DNA of 41,629 nucleotides from a virus (taxonomy: Duplodnaviria > Caudoviricetes). The stretch spans positions 1 to 41,629 of IMG/VR virus record IMGVR_UViG_3300021082_000060; one strand, given 5' to 3'. Below, piece by piece: positions 16,766 through 25,352 of the stretch. The notes under the pieces are model-generated. The model ran no database searches. It saw nothing but the letters and a program-made list of their open reading frames with translations, and was not told the origin of the DNA. Within the stretch, counting starts at the first letter, position 1. Each line of letters begins with the position of its first letter. The position numbers and the translations under genes are program-made.

Positions 16766-17100
16766 GCATATGCAACAAATGCGGCGAGCGGGAGCGCAAA
16801 CCAGGGCAGCGATGGTGCCGTGAGTGCCACGCAGCCTACATGCGCGCGTGGCGGCAAACTCACTCTCTCAGCGAGGAGGATCGCAGGAAGGACGCATGCC
16901 GATCATACAGCAGGACGCTGGTGAAACGGGGCAAGCTGGCCCCTGAGCCGTGCCAGACCTGCGGCGCCGAGCCGGCGCAGAGGCATCATCCAGACTACAG
17001 CAACTCGTATCACGTCGAGTGGCTTTGTGCGCCGTGCCACCGCGCGCATCACAAGCCAAGGCCGGAACCGTGGTGGTTACCGGAGGATAATCGCCTGTAA
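16762..17100 (+). CDS. Zn-finger/HNH-like endonuclease
   Basis: CNKC, CREC, CQTC and RHHPDYS...WLCAPCHRAHH. Confidence 0.7.
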   Translation: MSICNKCGERERKPGQRWCRECHAAYMRAWRQTHSLSEEDRRKDACRSYSRTLVKRGKLAPEPCQTCGAEPAQRHHPDYSNSYHVEWLCAPCHRAHHKPRPEPWWLPEDNRL

Positions 17101-17110
17101 GGGGGACCAT

Positions 17111-18193
17111 ATGTCTGAAACAACCGGGCCGGCCCCGCCAGCCGCGCCCACTGCCGACACCAGCAGCAGCGACTTTGCGCCCGCACCAGACACCCGGCCA
17201 GAGCTTAGTGTCAGCGACGCGGCGAGGATGCTGCGGAACGCCAGGCGCGCCCAGCCAGCGCCGCAGCAAGGGCTACCCAACGTGGAGCAGCCTGCCGGCT
17301 TCGGGCACAATTCCGGCGAGGCGGCGCCGCAACCACCGCAAACACCAGCCCAACCCGGTGGCATGTCTGCGCTGGAACGCGCCTTAGGGCTCCAGCCCGA
17401 CTCTGACAATCCTGACGTCCCACATGAAACACCCGGCAGTACGCCTGCCCAAATCCCGGCAGAGATCGAACTGGAGGGCCGGCGCTACACGCAGGCCGAG
17501 TTGGCTGCCGCAGTGCGTCAGGCGCAGGACTACACCCAGAAGACCCAGCAGCTATCCGCCCAGGCACGCCAGCTACAGGCGCAGCAGCAGGCCCTGGCAG
17601 CCGCCCTGCCGCTGATCCAGCCCGAGATTGAGGCGCTGCAACGCCGGCTTGCCGAGGCGCCGCGCCCCGACCCGCAGCTACGCCAGACCGATCCGGCGGC
17701 GTATTGGGACCAGCTGGCGACTTGGCAGGACGCGCAGATCGAGCACCAGCGCGTCTTGGCGATCCAGACGCACCAAGCCCAGGCCCGCGAGGCAGCGGTC
17801 GCCCAGGCTGTCGATCAGGCGAACCACGAACTAGCCCAGAAGTATCCGTTCTGGTCGGACCCGCAGCAAAGGCGGGAGATCCAGCAGGATATCATCAGCT
17901 GGGCCAGAACGCAGGGCTACACCGATCAGGAACTGCACGGCCTGACCTCGGCAAAATATCTTGAAACACTTTTCAAGGCCTCGCTCTATGACCGCTACCA
18001 GGCCCGCATTAAGCCCCAGGCGACGCAGCCTGCTGTGGGGCATGCGCCGCGCGGCACCGCCCCCCCGCCGCCGCCTGCCGCGCGGGTCAGGGAGGCGACC
18101 GAGACGTTCGAGCAGCGGCCCACCGTGGCCAACGCTGCCGCTTTGATCGGTGCCCGGCGGGCACCACGCGGCAATGGACACACCCAATGGTAG
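17111..18193 (+). CDS. Capsid scaffolding protein
   Basis: Disordered N-terminus, DYTQKTQQL motif and coiled coils; upstream of the major capsid gene. Confidence 0.8.
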   Translation: MSETTGPAPPAAPTADTSSSDFAPAPDTRPELSVSDAARMLRNARRAQPAPQQGLPNVEQPAGFGHNSGEAAPQPPQTPAQPGGMSALERALGLQPDSDNPDVPHETPGSTPAQIPAEIELEGRRYTQAELAAAVRQAQDYTQKTQQLSAQARQLQAQQQALAAALPLIQPEIEALQRRLAEAPRPDPQLRQTDPAAYWDQLATWQDAQIEHQRVLAIQTHQAQAREAAVAQAVDQANHELAQKYPFWSDPQQRREIQQDIISWARTQGYTDQELHGLTSAKYLETLFKASLYDRYQARIKPQATQPAVGHAPRGTAPPPPPAARVREATETFEQRPTVANAAALIGARRAPRGNGHTQW

Positions 18194-18228
18194 CCTGTCA
18201 CACTGGCAACATTCCTGGGGGAACGCAC

Positions 18229-18939
18229 ATGAGACACGTATTGCTTGCCGCCACAGCGATCGCCGCTCTTGCCTTCGTGCCGTCAGCCAATGCGACACTG
18301 CAACTGAGCATCGGCGCCAATGGCTCGACCTTCACCTGTGCGGACGGTCAGTTGGGCTGTGACCTGTCAGGCGGCGCCAACAACTTGCTGACGGTCAACA
18401 CGTTGGTGGGCGGCGCCTTCGTGCAGATCACCCTCGTGCAGAGCGTCGCCGGGACGGTCAATTCGCTCCAGATGTCGTCCAGCAACATCGAGAACCAGAG
18501 CGACGCACCGATCGTCGTCACCCTGCTGGCGAGCCAGACGGACTTCCTCGGGCCGGTCTCCGCGATCAGCAACAGTGGCTCGCTCACGTTCAACAACAAC
18601 GTGGGCGCGACCGACAGCACGCTGAAGTTCTGGGCGGACGCGGCGAACGTGCAGGGCGCCAACCCGACCAACACGCCTGGCACCTTGCTGGAGACCGTGA
18701 CGGGAGCCGCGACCACTAACCCGGACTCTTTCGCTGGCAGCAATGTCGCGCTGTTCGCCGCGGGCGGGCCGTTCTCCATGACCGAAGGCGCGGCGCTGGC
18801 GCTGATCACGGGCGGCTCGATCACCGGCTTCAATCAGTCGATGGTGACCACGGCTGCCGTGCCCGAACCGGCCTCCCTGGGTATCCTTGGCCTCGGCATG
18901 CTGGGCCTCGGCATGGTGCAGTATCGCCGCCGCAGCTAG
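18229..18939 (+). CDS. PEP-CTERM sorting-domain exported protein
   Basis: Signal peptide MRHVLLAATAIAALAFVPSANA; Ser/Thr/Asn-rich body; C-terminal VPEPASLGILGLGMLGLGMVQYRRRS. Confidence 0.9.
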   Translation: MRHVLLAATAIAALAFVPSANATLQLSIGANGSTFTCADGQLGCDLSGGANNLLTVNTLVGGAFVQITLVQSVAGTVNSLQMSSSNIENQSDAPIVVTLLASQTDFLGPVSAISNSGSLTFNNNVGATDSTLKFWADAANVQGANPTNTPGTLLETVTGAATTNPDSFAGSNVALFAAGGPFSMTEGAALALITGGSITGFNQSMVTTAAVPEPASLGILGLGMLGLGMVQYRRRS

Positions 18940-18946
18940 ACGGCAC

Positions 18947-19047
18947 GGGGACTGGATTGCCCCAGTCCCCACCTTGCCTGCCGAGCCACGACGGGCCCTG
19001 CCCCGCCCTGTCATGCCACGCCTAGCCACGCCGTCTTTGTTTTAGCG
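18947..19047 (-). ncRNA. Solitary GGY-NN guide unit 2
   Basis: Leader CGCTAAAACAAAGAC, 10 pentamers at 19032-18983, GGCA at 18982-18979, 2 more pentamers, then a GGGGACTGG/CCAGTCCCC hairpin at 18947-18970. Confidence 0.8.
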
Positions 19048-19270
19048 TGAGCTTGCAGGAAACGCACCAACCGTCTTAGTATTTACATCGACGGCGATGG
19101 CAGTGCTCGCACCCAGCGGCGCCGTGACGTGCCGGCATCGAGGCTGATGCCGTTCTGAGGACCACCGACCGGGAGTGCTTGCACCCACTCGGCACGGCCT
19201 CCGCAGGACCAGTCGCTCCAGATGCAGAACCCGCCCCGCAAGGGGCTTGTCCTGTTCTAGGAGCGAATCC

Positions 19271-20257
19271 ATGGCCTCACCGCCAACGATGGCGTCCGCG
19301 CCGGCTAACACCTACACCCAGCAGCTTGCATCCGGCACGGTCCACGAAGACGTCAGCGACGTTATTTATAGAATCGACCCGGAGGAGACCCCGTTCGTCT
19401 CGGCGCTGCCGCAGGTCGGCTCAAAGCAGATTTTGACCGAGTGGCTCACCCAGACCCTGAATAGCGCCGCAGACGTGCCGCAGCCCGAGGGCTTCACGGC
19501 GGTGATCAGCCCGTCTGTGAAACCAGTCCGCATGTCGAATGTCTGTCAGATCTTCGCACGCACGGTCGGGGTGTCGGGAACACTCAGAGTGGTGGATTCG
19601 ATCGGCGGTGAAGATGAGTACAACCGCCAGCTTGTGATGCGGGGCATCGAGCTCAAGCGCGACGTGGAATTGGTCTCCACCTCCAACATTCCCAAGGCGG
19701 CGACCGACCCGCGGCACATGGCCGGCATGCCGACGTTCTGCACCAACGGCAGTGTCGGCGCTGGCGGCACCATGCCGGTCGGCGACGGTAGCGCCGCGGC
19801 AGTGCCGGGCACGGCTAGGGACCTGACACTCACGATCGTCAACGACGCCATGCAGCAGGCGTGGAACCAGGGCGGCAAGCCGACCATCGGGCTCATGTCT
19901 GGTAACATTAAAAACTACTTCAGCACCCTGTCACAGGGCGGCACCGGCAATCCGATCGTGTCGCAGAATATCCAGTCCACGACTGCATCCCAGGAAGTTA
20001 CCATCATGGGCGCGGTGGACGTTTACCGCACCAATTTCGGCACGCTCGATCTGGCGCCTGACAGGTTCATGCCACCCAACATGATGCTGCTGATCACCCG
20101 CGATTACGTGGAATTGGCGCCGCTGCCAGAAAGAAATATGGTGGAACAGGCGTACGCCAAAACGGGCGACAATACGCAGGGCGGCATCGTCTTTGAGGGC
20201 ACGATCCGCGTCACTGCACCCAAGGCGCATGCCGCAATCTTCGGGTTGAACCAGTAG
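19271..20257 (+). CDS. Major capsid protein (DUF5309/SU10-like)
   Basis: EDVSDVIYRIDPEETPF, N.CQIF.RTV.VSGT, ELKRDVE and Y.TNFGT motifs; AGGAG RBS. Confidence 0.9.
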   Translation: MASPPTMASAPANTYTQQLASGTVHEDVSDVIYRIDPEETPFVSALPQVGSKQILTEWLTQTLNSAADVPQPEGFTAVISPSVKPVRMSNVCQIFARTVGVSGTLRVVDSIGGEDEYNRQLVMRGIELKRDVELVSTSNIPKAATDPRHMAGMPTFCTNGSVGAGGTMPVGDGSAAAVPGTARDLTLTIVNDAMQQAWNQGGKPTIGLMSGNIKNYFSTLSQGGTGNPIVSQNIQSTTASQEVTIMGAVDVYRTNFGTLDLAPDRFMPPNMMLLITRDYVELAPLPERNMVEQAYAKTGDNTQGGIVFEGTIRVTAPKAHAAIFGLNQ

Positions 20258-20260
20258 CCC

Positions 20261-20572
20261 ATGCCCACGCTCTATGAACGCTACGACCCGGTCACCACGC
20301 GTTACACCGAGATCGTCACCGACTCGGAGACTGGGCTGCCGATCATTACTTTTACTCAGGATACCAAGCCGATCGTCGAGGCATGCAAGCGGGCGGCCAG
20401 CAACTTCACCGGCACCAGCAAGACCGGCTTCACCCGCGTGGCCAGCATTCCAAACGTGGTGGTGCAGCGGCTGATGCAGACCGGCATCTGGTACGACGAG
20501 AAGGCGATGAACGTGTGGCTGAACCAGCGGGACAACAGAGTGTTCAGGACGGACGACGGACGACGTCTCTAG
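20261..20572 (+). CDS. Conserved post-capsid virion-region protein
   Basis: TQDTKPIVE, VASIP and WLN..DN..FRT pattern; directly after the capsid gene. Confidence 0.75.
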   Translation: MPTLYERYDPVTTRYTEIVTDSETGLPIITFTQDTKPIVEACKRAASNFTGTSKTGFTRVASIPNVVVQRLMQTGIWYDEKAMNVWLNQRDNRVFRTDDGRRL

Positions 20573-20583
20573 GAGGCTATCAC

Positions 20584-20958
20584 ATGCCCATGGGAACCAC
20601 GGACCAACCCAACCGCAACGCACAGATGGCGCCCGCACCAACGGGGAACCCGATGCCGCCGCCCGGCTGGGCGGGCACGCAGGACGTCGAGAAGCCGTTC
20701 CTGCCGGAAGAGTTCGACCGGGTGCTGCTGATGCGCTGCTACCCGGACGTCAACAGCACCGACGAGCTCCGCGCCAAGGCCTACGCCGTGGGCGCACAGG
20801 TGATGGAGATGGCAGCCGCGTCGATCTCGTCGCAGCAGGCTGAGCTACAGGCGCAGGAAGAGCAGCAGGACAAGCCCGCGCCCAAGCCGCCTCCACCGGC
20901 CCGTGAGGCGCACCACGAGGCAGAGCAGCACGACAAGCGAGACCACGACAAGAAGTAA
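20584..20958 (+). CDS. Hypothetical protein
   Basis: AGGAGG RBS and ATG at 20584. Confidence 0.65.
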   Translation: MPMGTTDQPNRNAQMAPAPTGNPMPPPGWAGTQDVEKPFLPEEFDRVLLMRCYPDVNSTDELRAKAYAVGAQVMEMAAASISSQQAELQAQEEQQDKPAPKPPPPAREAHHEAEQHDKRDHDKK

Positions 20959-20960
20959 CC

Positions 20961-21599
20961 ATGGCGACCTACCAGCAACTCCAGGACGACGTGCTGTGGT
21001 ATCTCGATCGCCGGGATGCCGCAGCACGCATACCGTCCTGGGTGCAGTTGGTAGAGACGGAGATCCAGCAGACCCTGCGCCACAGATGCATGGAGGTCAG
21101 TGCAACCCAGGCGATCGACAACCACCACATCACCTTGCCGCCAGATTTTTGCACCATGGCCAGCATCCGCGACGCGGCCTCGGGCGAGAATCTGGTGCTC
21201 AAGGACGAGTGGTCCGGCCACTGGACCTACCCCAGCTGGAACGGTGGCTACTCTACCGCCTACCGGATCGTGGCCGATTGCATCGAGTTCCTGCCTTGGC
21301 CAATCATTCCGGACCCGCCCGACCCGCTGTGGGTGCCGCAGACCGTCATCATGACGTGGTATGCCAAGCCCAAGACGCTGCTCCTGCCGTCCGACACCAA
21401 CCCGGTGCTGGAGCAACTCTATTCGATCTATCTGTATGGCATTCTGGCCCATGCGACGCTGGCAGAGCAGGACGAGCCGATGGCCCCGCAATGGGACGCC
21501 AAGTATCAGCAGGCGGTGACGCGGGCCAACCTGAACACGCAACAATCCACTTACAGCGGAGCGCCTTACGCCGAGGAGATGTCTGGGGCGATCTACTGA
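20961..21599 (+). CDS. Head-tail adaptor protein
   Basis: TYQQLQDDV..YLDR.D....IPSWVQLVE, LPPDF and YLYGIL motifs. Confidence 0.75.
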   Translation: MATYQQLQDDVLWYLDRRDAAARIPSWVQLVETEIQQTLRHRCMEVSATQAIDNHHITLPPDFCTMASIRDAASGENLVLKDEWSGHWTYPSWNGGYSTAYRIVADCIEFLPWPIIPDPPDPLWVPQTVIMTWYAKPKTLLLPSDTNPVLEQLYSIYLYGILAHATLAEQDEPMAPQWDAKYQQAVTRANLNTQQSTYSGAPYAEEMSGAIY

Positions 21600-23029
21600 T
21601 GTCCCCGCCCCTGATCAGCAAGGCGGCGGCGCGCTACACCGGGGCAGGCGGCAAGGAACACTGTAGCCTTTGCCGTCACTTTTCCCCACGCCGTGGCGGG
21701 CGCTGTGCGCGCGTGCTGGGCGACATCTCGCCCCGCGGCTGGTGCCGGCTGTTCTCGCGTGAGATGCGTGGGCTGATCGCCGATGCGTCGTCGTTCAACA
21801 GCGGCGGCGGCCCATCGCTCGGCCTCGACTTCATGGTGCCCGGCGTGCTCGATCCGCGCATCACCTTCACCCGCGCGTCTACCGCCACGTATTTCGACAG
21901 TGCGGGCATCCTGCGCACCGCCACCACGAACACGCCGCGCTGGGACTATGACCCGGTGACGCTGGCCCTGCGCGGGCTGCTGCTCGAGGACGCGAGGACC
22001 AATCTGGCGTTCCCCAGCACGAACTGGAAGGCCAACGCCACCGCCAGCAGTTCGGTGGAGGGCGTGGTGCAAAATGTCGGGGTCAGTCCATCTGGCGCCA
22101 ATGATGCGATGGCGTTCATCCCAGGCGCATTCAACGCACTTCACTGGCAATATTCGACCTTCACCGGGGCGGTAAACACGACTTACACGCTGTCGGTTTT
22201 TGCCAAGGCGGCGGGCCTCAACTTCTTCTGGATACGGCTCGACAACACCGGCTTTTCCGGGGTCGAGCAGTGGGCGTCGTTCAATCTGTCCACGGGGGTC
22301 ATAGACTCGCAGTCTGGCACCAGCGCCCGAATCCAGTCGGTCGGCAACGGCTGGTATCGGTGTGCTGTCACGGCGACATCCAATGCAACGGCAGGCGCTA
22401 CCTATATCGCTGAACTGGCCCCGATGCCGGTCGGCGGGTTCATCACGTCCAACACGGGCAACAACGTGTCGGGCACATGGGTCTGGGGCGGTCAAATCGA
22501 GGTCGGCGCGTTCGCCAGCAGCTACATCCCCACCACCTCGGCGGCGGTTGCGCGGGCGGCTGAGTTCATGTCGATGCCAGCCAGTGGATGGTATAACCCA
22601 ACGGCCGGATCGCTGGCTGTCGAGGTGATATATGGCGGGACCAATGGCGGGGCTTTCCCGGTTTTGGCCTCTCTTGACGATGGCACAGCCAACAATGCCG
22701 CAATTATCATAAACAAGGCCACCGGCTTCACCCATGCAGAGGGCACTGCTGGCGGGGTCAATCAGTGGGGCATTGCCGGCCCGACTGGCTCGACGCCATA
22801 CGGCACCGTCAAAAAGGCCGGCCTATCCATGGCACTGAACAATATCAGTTATTGCATCAATGGTGCGCTGGCAACGGTGGACCTTGCGGCAACATTACCT
22901 GCTGTGACCACGTTGCACCTGGGCTGCAATGCGACCGGCGCAACCGGGGCGCATAGCGTGGCATTCCGACGCGTTTCCTATTGGTCGCGCGCGCTATCTG
23001 CCGCCGAGCTGCAGACGGTGACGACGTGA
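21599..23029 (+). CDS. Virion fibre/spike protein with an N-terminal HiPIP-like Cys4 motif
   Basis: TGATG coupling; CSLC..CARVLGDISPRGWC; FTRASTATY, GLLLEDARTN, GNGWYRC and ASSYIPTT fibre motifs. Confidence 0.75.
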   Translation: MSPPLISKAAARYTGAGGKEHCSLCRHFSPRRGGRCARVLGDISPRGWCRLFSREMRGLIADASSFNSGGGPSLGLDFMVPGVLDPRITFTRASTATYFDSAGILRTATTNTPRWDYDPVTLALRGLLLEDARTNLAFPSTNWKANATASSSVEGVVQNVGVSPSGANDAMAFIPGAFNALHWQYSTFTGAVNTTYTLSVFAKAAGLNFFWIRLDNTGFSGVEQWASFNLSTGVIDSQSGTSARIQSVGNGWYRCAVTATSNATAGATYIAELAPMPVGGFITSNTGNNVSGTWVWGGQIEVGAFASSYIPTTSAAVARAAEFMSMPASGWYNPTAGSLAVEVIYGGTNGGAFPVLASLDDGTANNAAIIINKATGFTHAEGTAGGVNQWGIAGPTGSTPYGTVKKAGLSMALNNISYCINGALATVDLAATLPAVTTLHLGCNATGATGAHSVAFRRVSYWSRALSAAELQTVTT

Positions 23030-25017
23030 GCGGCAGTGCCAGCATCAGCTTAGAGCGGGGCATCCTCGGGCACACCCTGGGCTTCGCCCCCATGACAGCC
23101 CCGGCGCGCGTCTATGTCGCCCTGTGCCAGATCATGCCGGCGCCTACAGAGACCGGTGGCGGCGCTGAACTGTCCGGTGGTGGCTATGCCAGGGTGCCCG
23201 CCACGTTCGCCCTGATGGCGTCCCCTGCCAACGCCGCGGCCAATGTCGGGGTGGTTGAGTTCGCGCCCGCCACGAGTTCGTGGGGCACGGTTGGTTATTT
23301 CGAACTGTGGTCGGCGCAGACCGGCGGCGAGCGGCTCTACTGGGGGCCGTTGGTGGACCCGTCCGATCCCGCCACGCCGCTGACGCTGGATATGGCGTCA
23401 GGTGACATCCTGCGTTTTTCGGTCGGCGACTTGGCGATTCAGGTGGCCGAGGTTGCCGCGCCGCTTGGCGGCGTCGGCTTTGGTGCGAATGTTAAGAACT
23501 ACGGCGCAGTCGGCGATGGCGTGGCGAACGACACCGCAGCAATCAACGCAGCTATCACCGCCGCATCGGCAACCCTGCACACGACCTACTGGAACCCGCA
23601 ATATACCGCAGCGGTCGTGTTCCCCCCTGGCTGCTACATGACTGACGGCATCGACCTGCCGTGCGGCATTTCGCTCACGGGCGCCGGACAGCTACAGACC
23701 ACAATCGCCTTGCGCGCTAACGCCAATCGGTCAGTCGTCAGAGTGCTGGAAGATCCGTCGTCTAATCCGTTGCCGTGGCTTAACCGCAATCACGGGCGCC
23801 TGTCCGGTTTCTGCATCGACGGCAACAGCAACAATCAGGCCGGCACATCGCACGGCATCGAGGTGGTCGCGTCGAGTTACCCACTCGCCACGCGCTACGG
23901 CAGTGCCGTGGACATCGACGACATCAACACCGTAGGCACGCTCAGTAGCGGCATCTACATCGGGACTAATCGCAACTACGGGATGATCACCAACGTCCGC
24001 ATCGCCTATGCCGGCGGCACCGGTCTGCAATTCTTCAGTTGCTATGACTGGTATTGCACGAACATCGGCATTGGCAACTGTCAGCAAGAAGGCGTGAAGG
24101 CGTATCTGTGCGCCGGCCTGCAGTTCACCAACCTTGCCATTTGGTCCTGCCAGAATGCCGGGCTGGTGCTGAATAGCTGCGGCGGCTTCATGGTGTTTGA
24201 GAATGTGCAGCTCGACTACAACAGCCAATATGGGTTGTATCATAACCCAGCCGGCGCGGTGAACAGCCACCTGTCGATCAGTAATTTGCAACTCAAGGAT
24301 AACGGGGTAGCCGCCAACAACACCTATTCCGCCATATACATTAGCGGCATAGGCGGGGCCGGCTCCTCGGTGCTGCTTGCCAATCTCTGGTTTAACTGGA
24401 CGGCCAATAGCCCAAATCGGTCAAAGTATCTGATCGAGACAGACACAAGTGGCTACGTGAATGTGTCGAACATCTCATACAGCACAACGGCCGGCGCGAC
24501 GGCAGGAAGTGCGCCCTACGCAACGGCCGCCTTCAACCAGCCCGCACGTATCATCGGGGCGACCCCAGGCGCCACCAACTTCAACAGCAGCCTGTCCGTC
24601 ATAGGCGCGCTGACTAGCACGCTGCTGCCCAACATGGGCGCCAGCGCCACAACCGGCGCCGGCTACGTCAACCTCGGCAGTCATGCGGGGTATCTGGCGT
24701 CCAACGTTATTTTTAGCGGTGGCTGGAAGTATATCGGCGCTGACTATGGCTGGTATCTGGCGGGGCATCCGAGTGCCGGCGGGGCGGTGTTGTGGACCGG
24801 CGCAACCGGAACGGCAGGCGGAACCTATGTTCCTGTCGAGGCGATATGGGCGCGGGCCGATGGCAGTGTGCGCTTTGCCCAGCCGGTCGGGTTCAACAAC
24901 ACGAACCCGGTGGGCAAGCCAACCGTGAGCGGTTCACGCGCCGGCAATGCTGCCCTCGCCTCGCTGCTGACCGCACTGGCCGCGACCGGCCTCATCACCG
25001 ACAGCAGCACCGCCTGA
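23026..25017 (+). CDS. Tail spike with pectate-lyase-like beta-helix (depolymerase)
   Basis: NVKNYGAVGDGVANDTAAINAAI and VVFPPGCY followed by Asn/Gly-rich beta-helix repeats. Confidence 0.85.
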   Translation: MSGSASISLERGILGHTLGFAPMTAPARVYVALCQIMPAPTETGGGAELSGGGYARVPATFALMASPANAAANVGVVEFAPATSSWGTVGYFELWSAQTGGERLYWGPLVDPSDPATPLTLDMASGDILRFSVGDLAIQVAEVAAPLGGVGFGANVKNYGAVGDGVANDTAAINAAITAASATLHTTYWNPQYTAAVVFPPGCYMTDGIDLPCGISLTGAGQLQTTIALRANANRSVVRVLEDPSSNPLPWLNRNHGRLSGFCIDGNSNNQAGTSHGIEVVASSYPLATRYGSAVDIDDINTVGTLSSGIYIGTNRNYGMITNVRIAYAGGTGLQFFSCYDWYCTNIGIGNCQQEGVKAYLCAGLQFTNLAIWSCQNAGLVLNSCGGFMVFENVQLDYNSQYGLYHNPAGAVNSHLSISNLQLKDNGVAANNTYSAIYISGIGGAGSSVLLANLWFNWTANSPNRSKYLIETDTSGYVNVSNISYSTTAGATAGSAPYATAAFNQPARIIGATPGATNFNSSLSVIGALTSTLLPNMGASATTGAGYVNLGSHAGYLASNVIFSGGWKYIGADYGWYLAGHPSAGGAVLWTGATGTAGGTYVPVEAIWARADGSVRFAQPVGFNNTNPVGKPTVSGSRAGNAALASLLTALAATGLITDSSTA

Positions 25018-25352
25018 TGCCCGCACCCCGCCCCTTCGGTCGCGGTCCCTACGGCGCCGGACGATACGCGCGCGGCGGTGCCCTCATCGAGGTGGGCGGC
25101 ATCGCTGTGCTCTCGTTCGACGCACACGGCGCTGCGGCGCTCGCCTGGGCGCGCCTGCCCGCCATTGGCGCCGGCCTGTGGACGCCCACAGCGCCCTGCG
25201 GCGGCGCGTCGCCAGACACGCGCGGCTACAGCGATGGTGCCTACAGCGCCGGACCGTGGCCCGGTGGCGTGGCCCCGCCGTGGCAGCCGATCGACGTGTG
25301 CAACACCGGGACGTGGACGAAGCAGCGCCTGCCAGAACTGGAAACGGCATGA
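25017..25352 (+). CDS. Hypothetical tail-region protein
   Basis: TGATG and ATGA coupling; FGRGPYGAGRY motif. Confidence 0.6.
   Translation: MPAPRPFGRGPYGAGRYARGGALIEVGGIAVLSFDAHGAAALAWARLPAIGAGLWTPTAPCGGASPDTRGYSDGAYSAGPWPGGVAPPWQPIDVCNTGTWTKQRLPELETA

Noticed and set aside
20903-21598. Long N-terminal extension of the 20903..23029 ORF (similarly 17027, 22981, 25178, 26335, 39996, 40412)
   Set aside because: These are shadow frames over upstream genes; downstream starts have RBSs or stop-start coupling.
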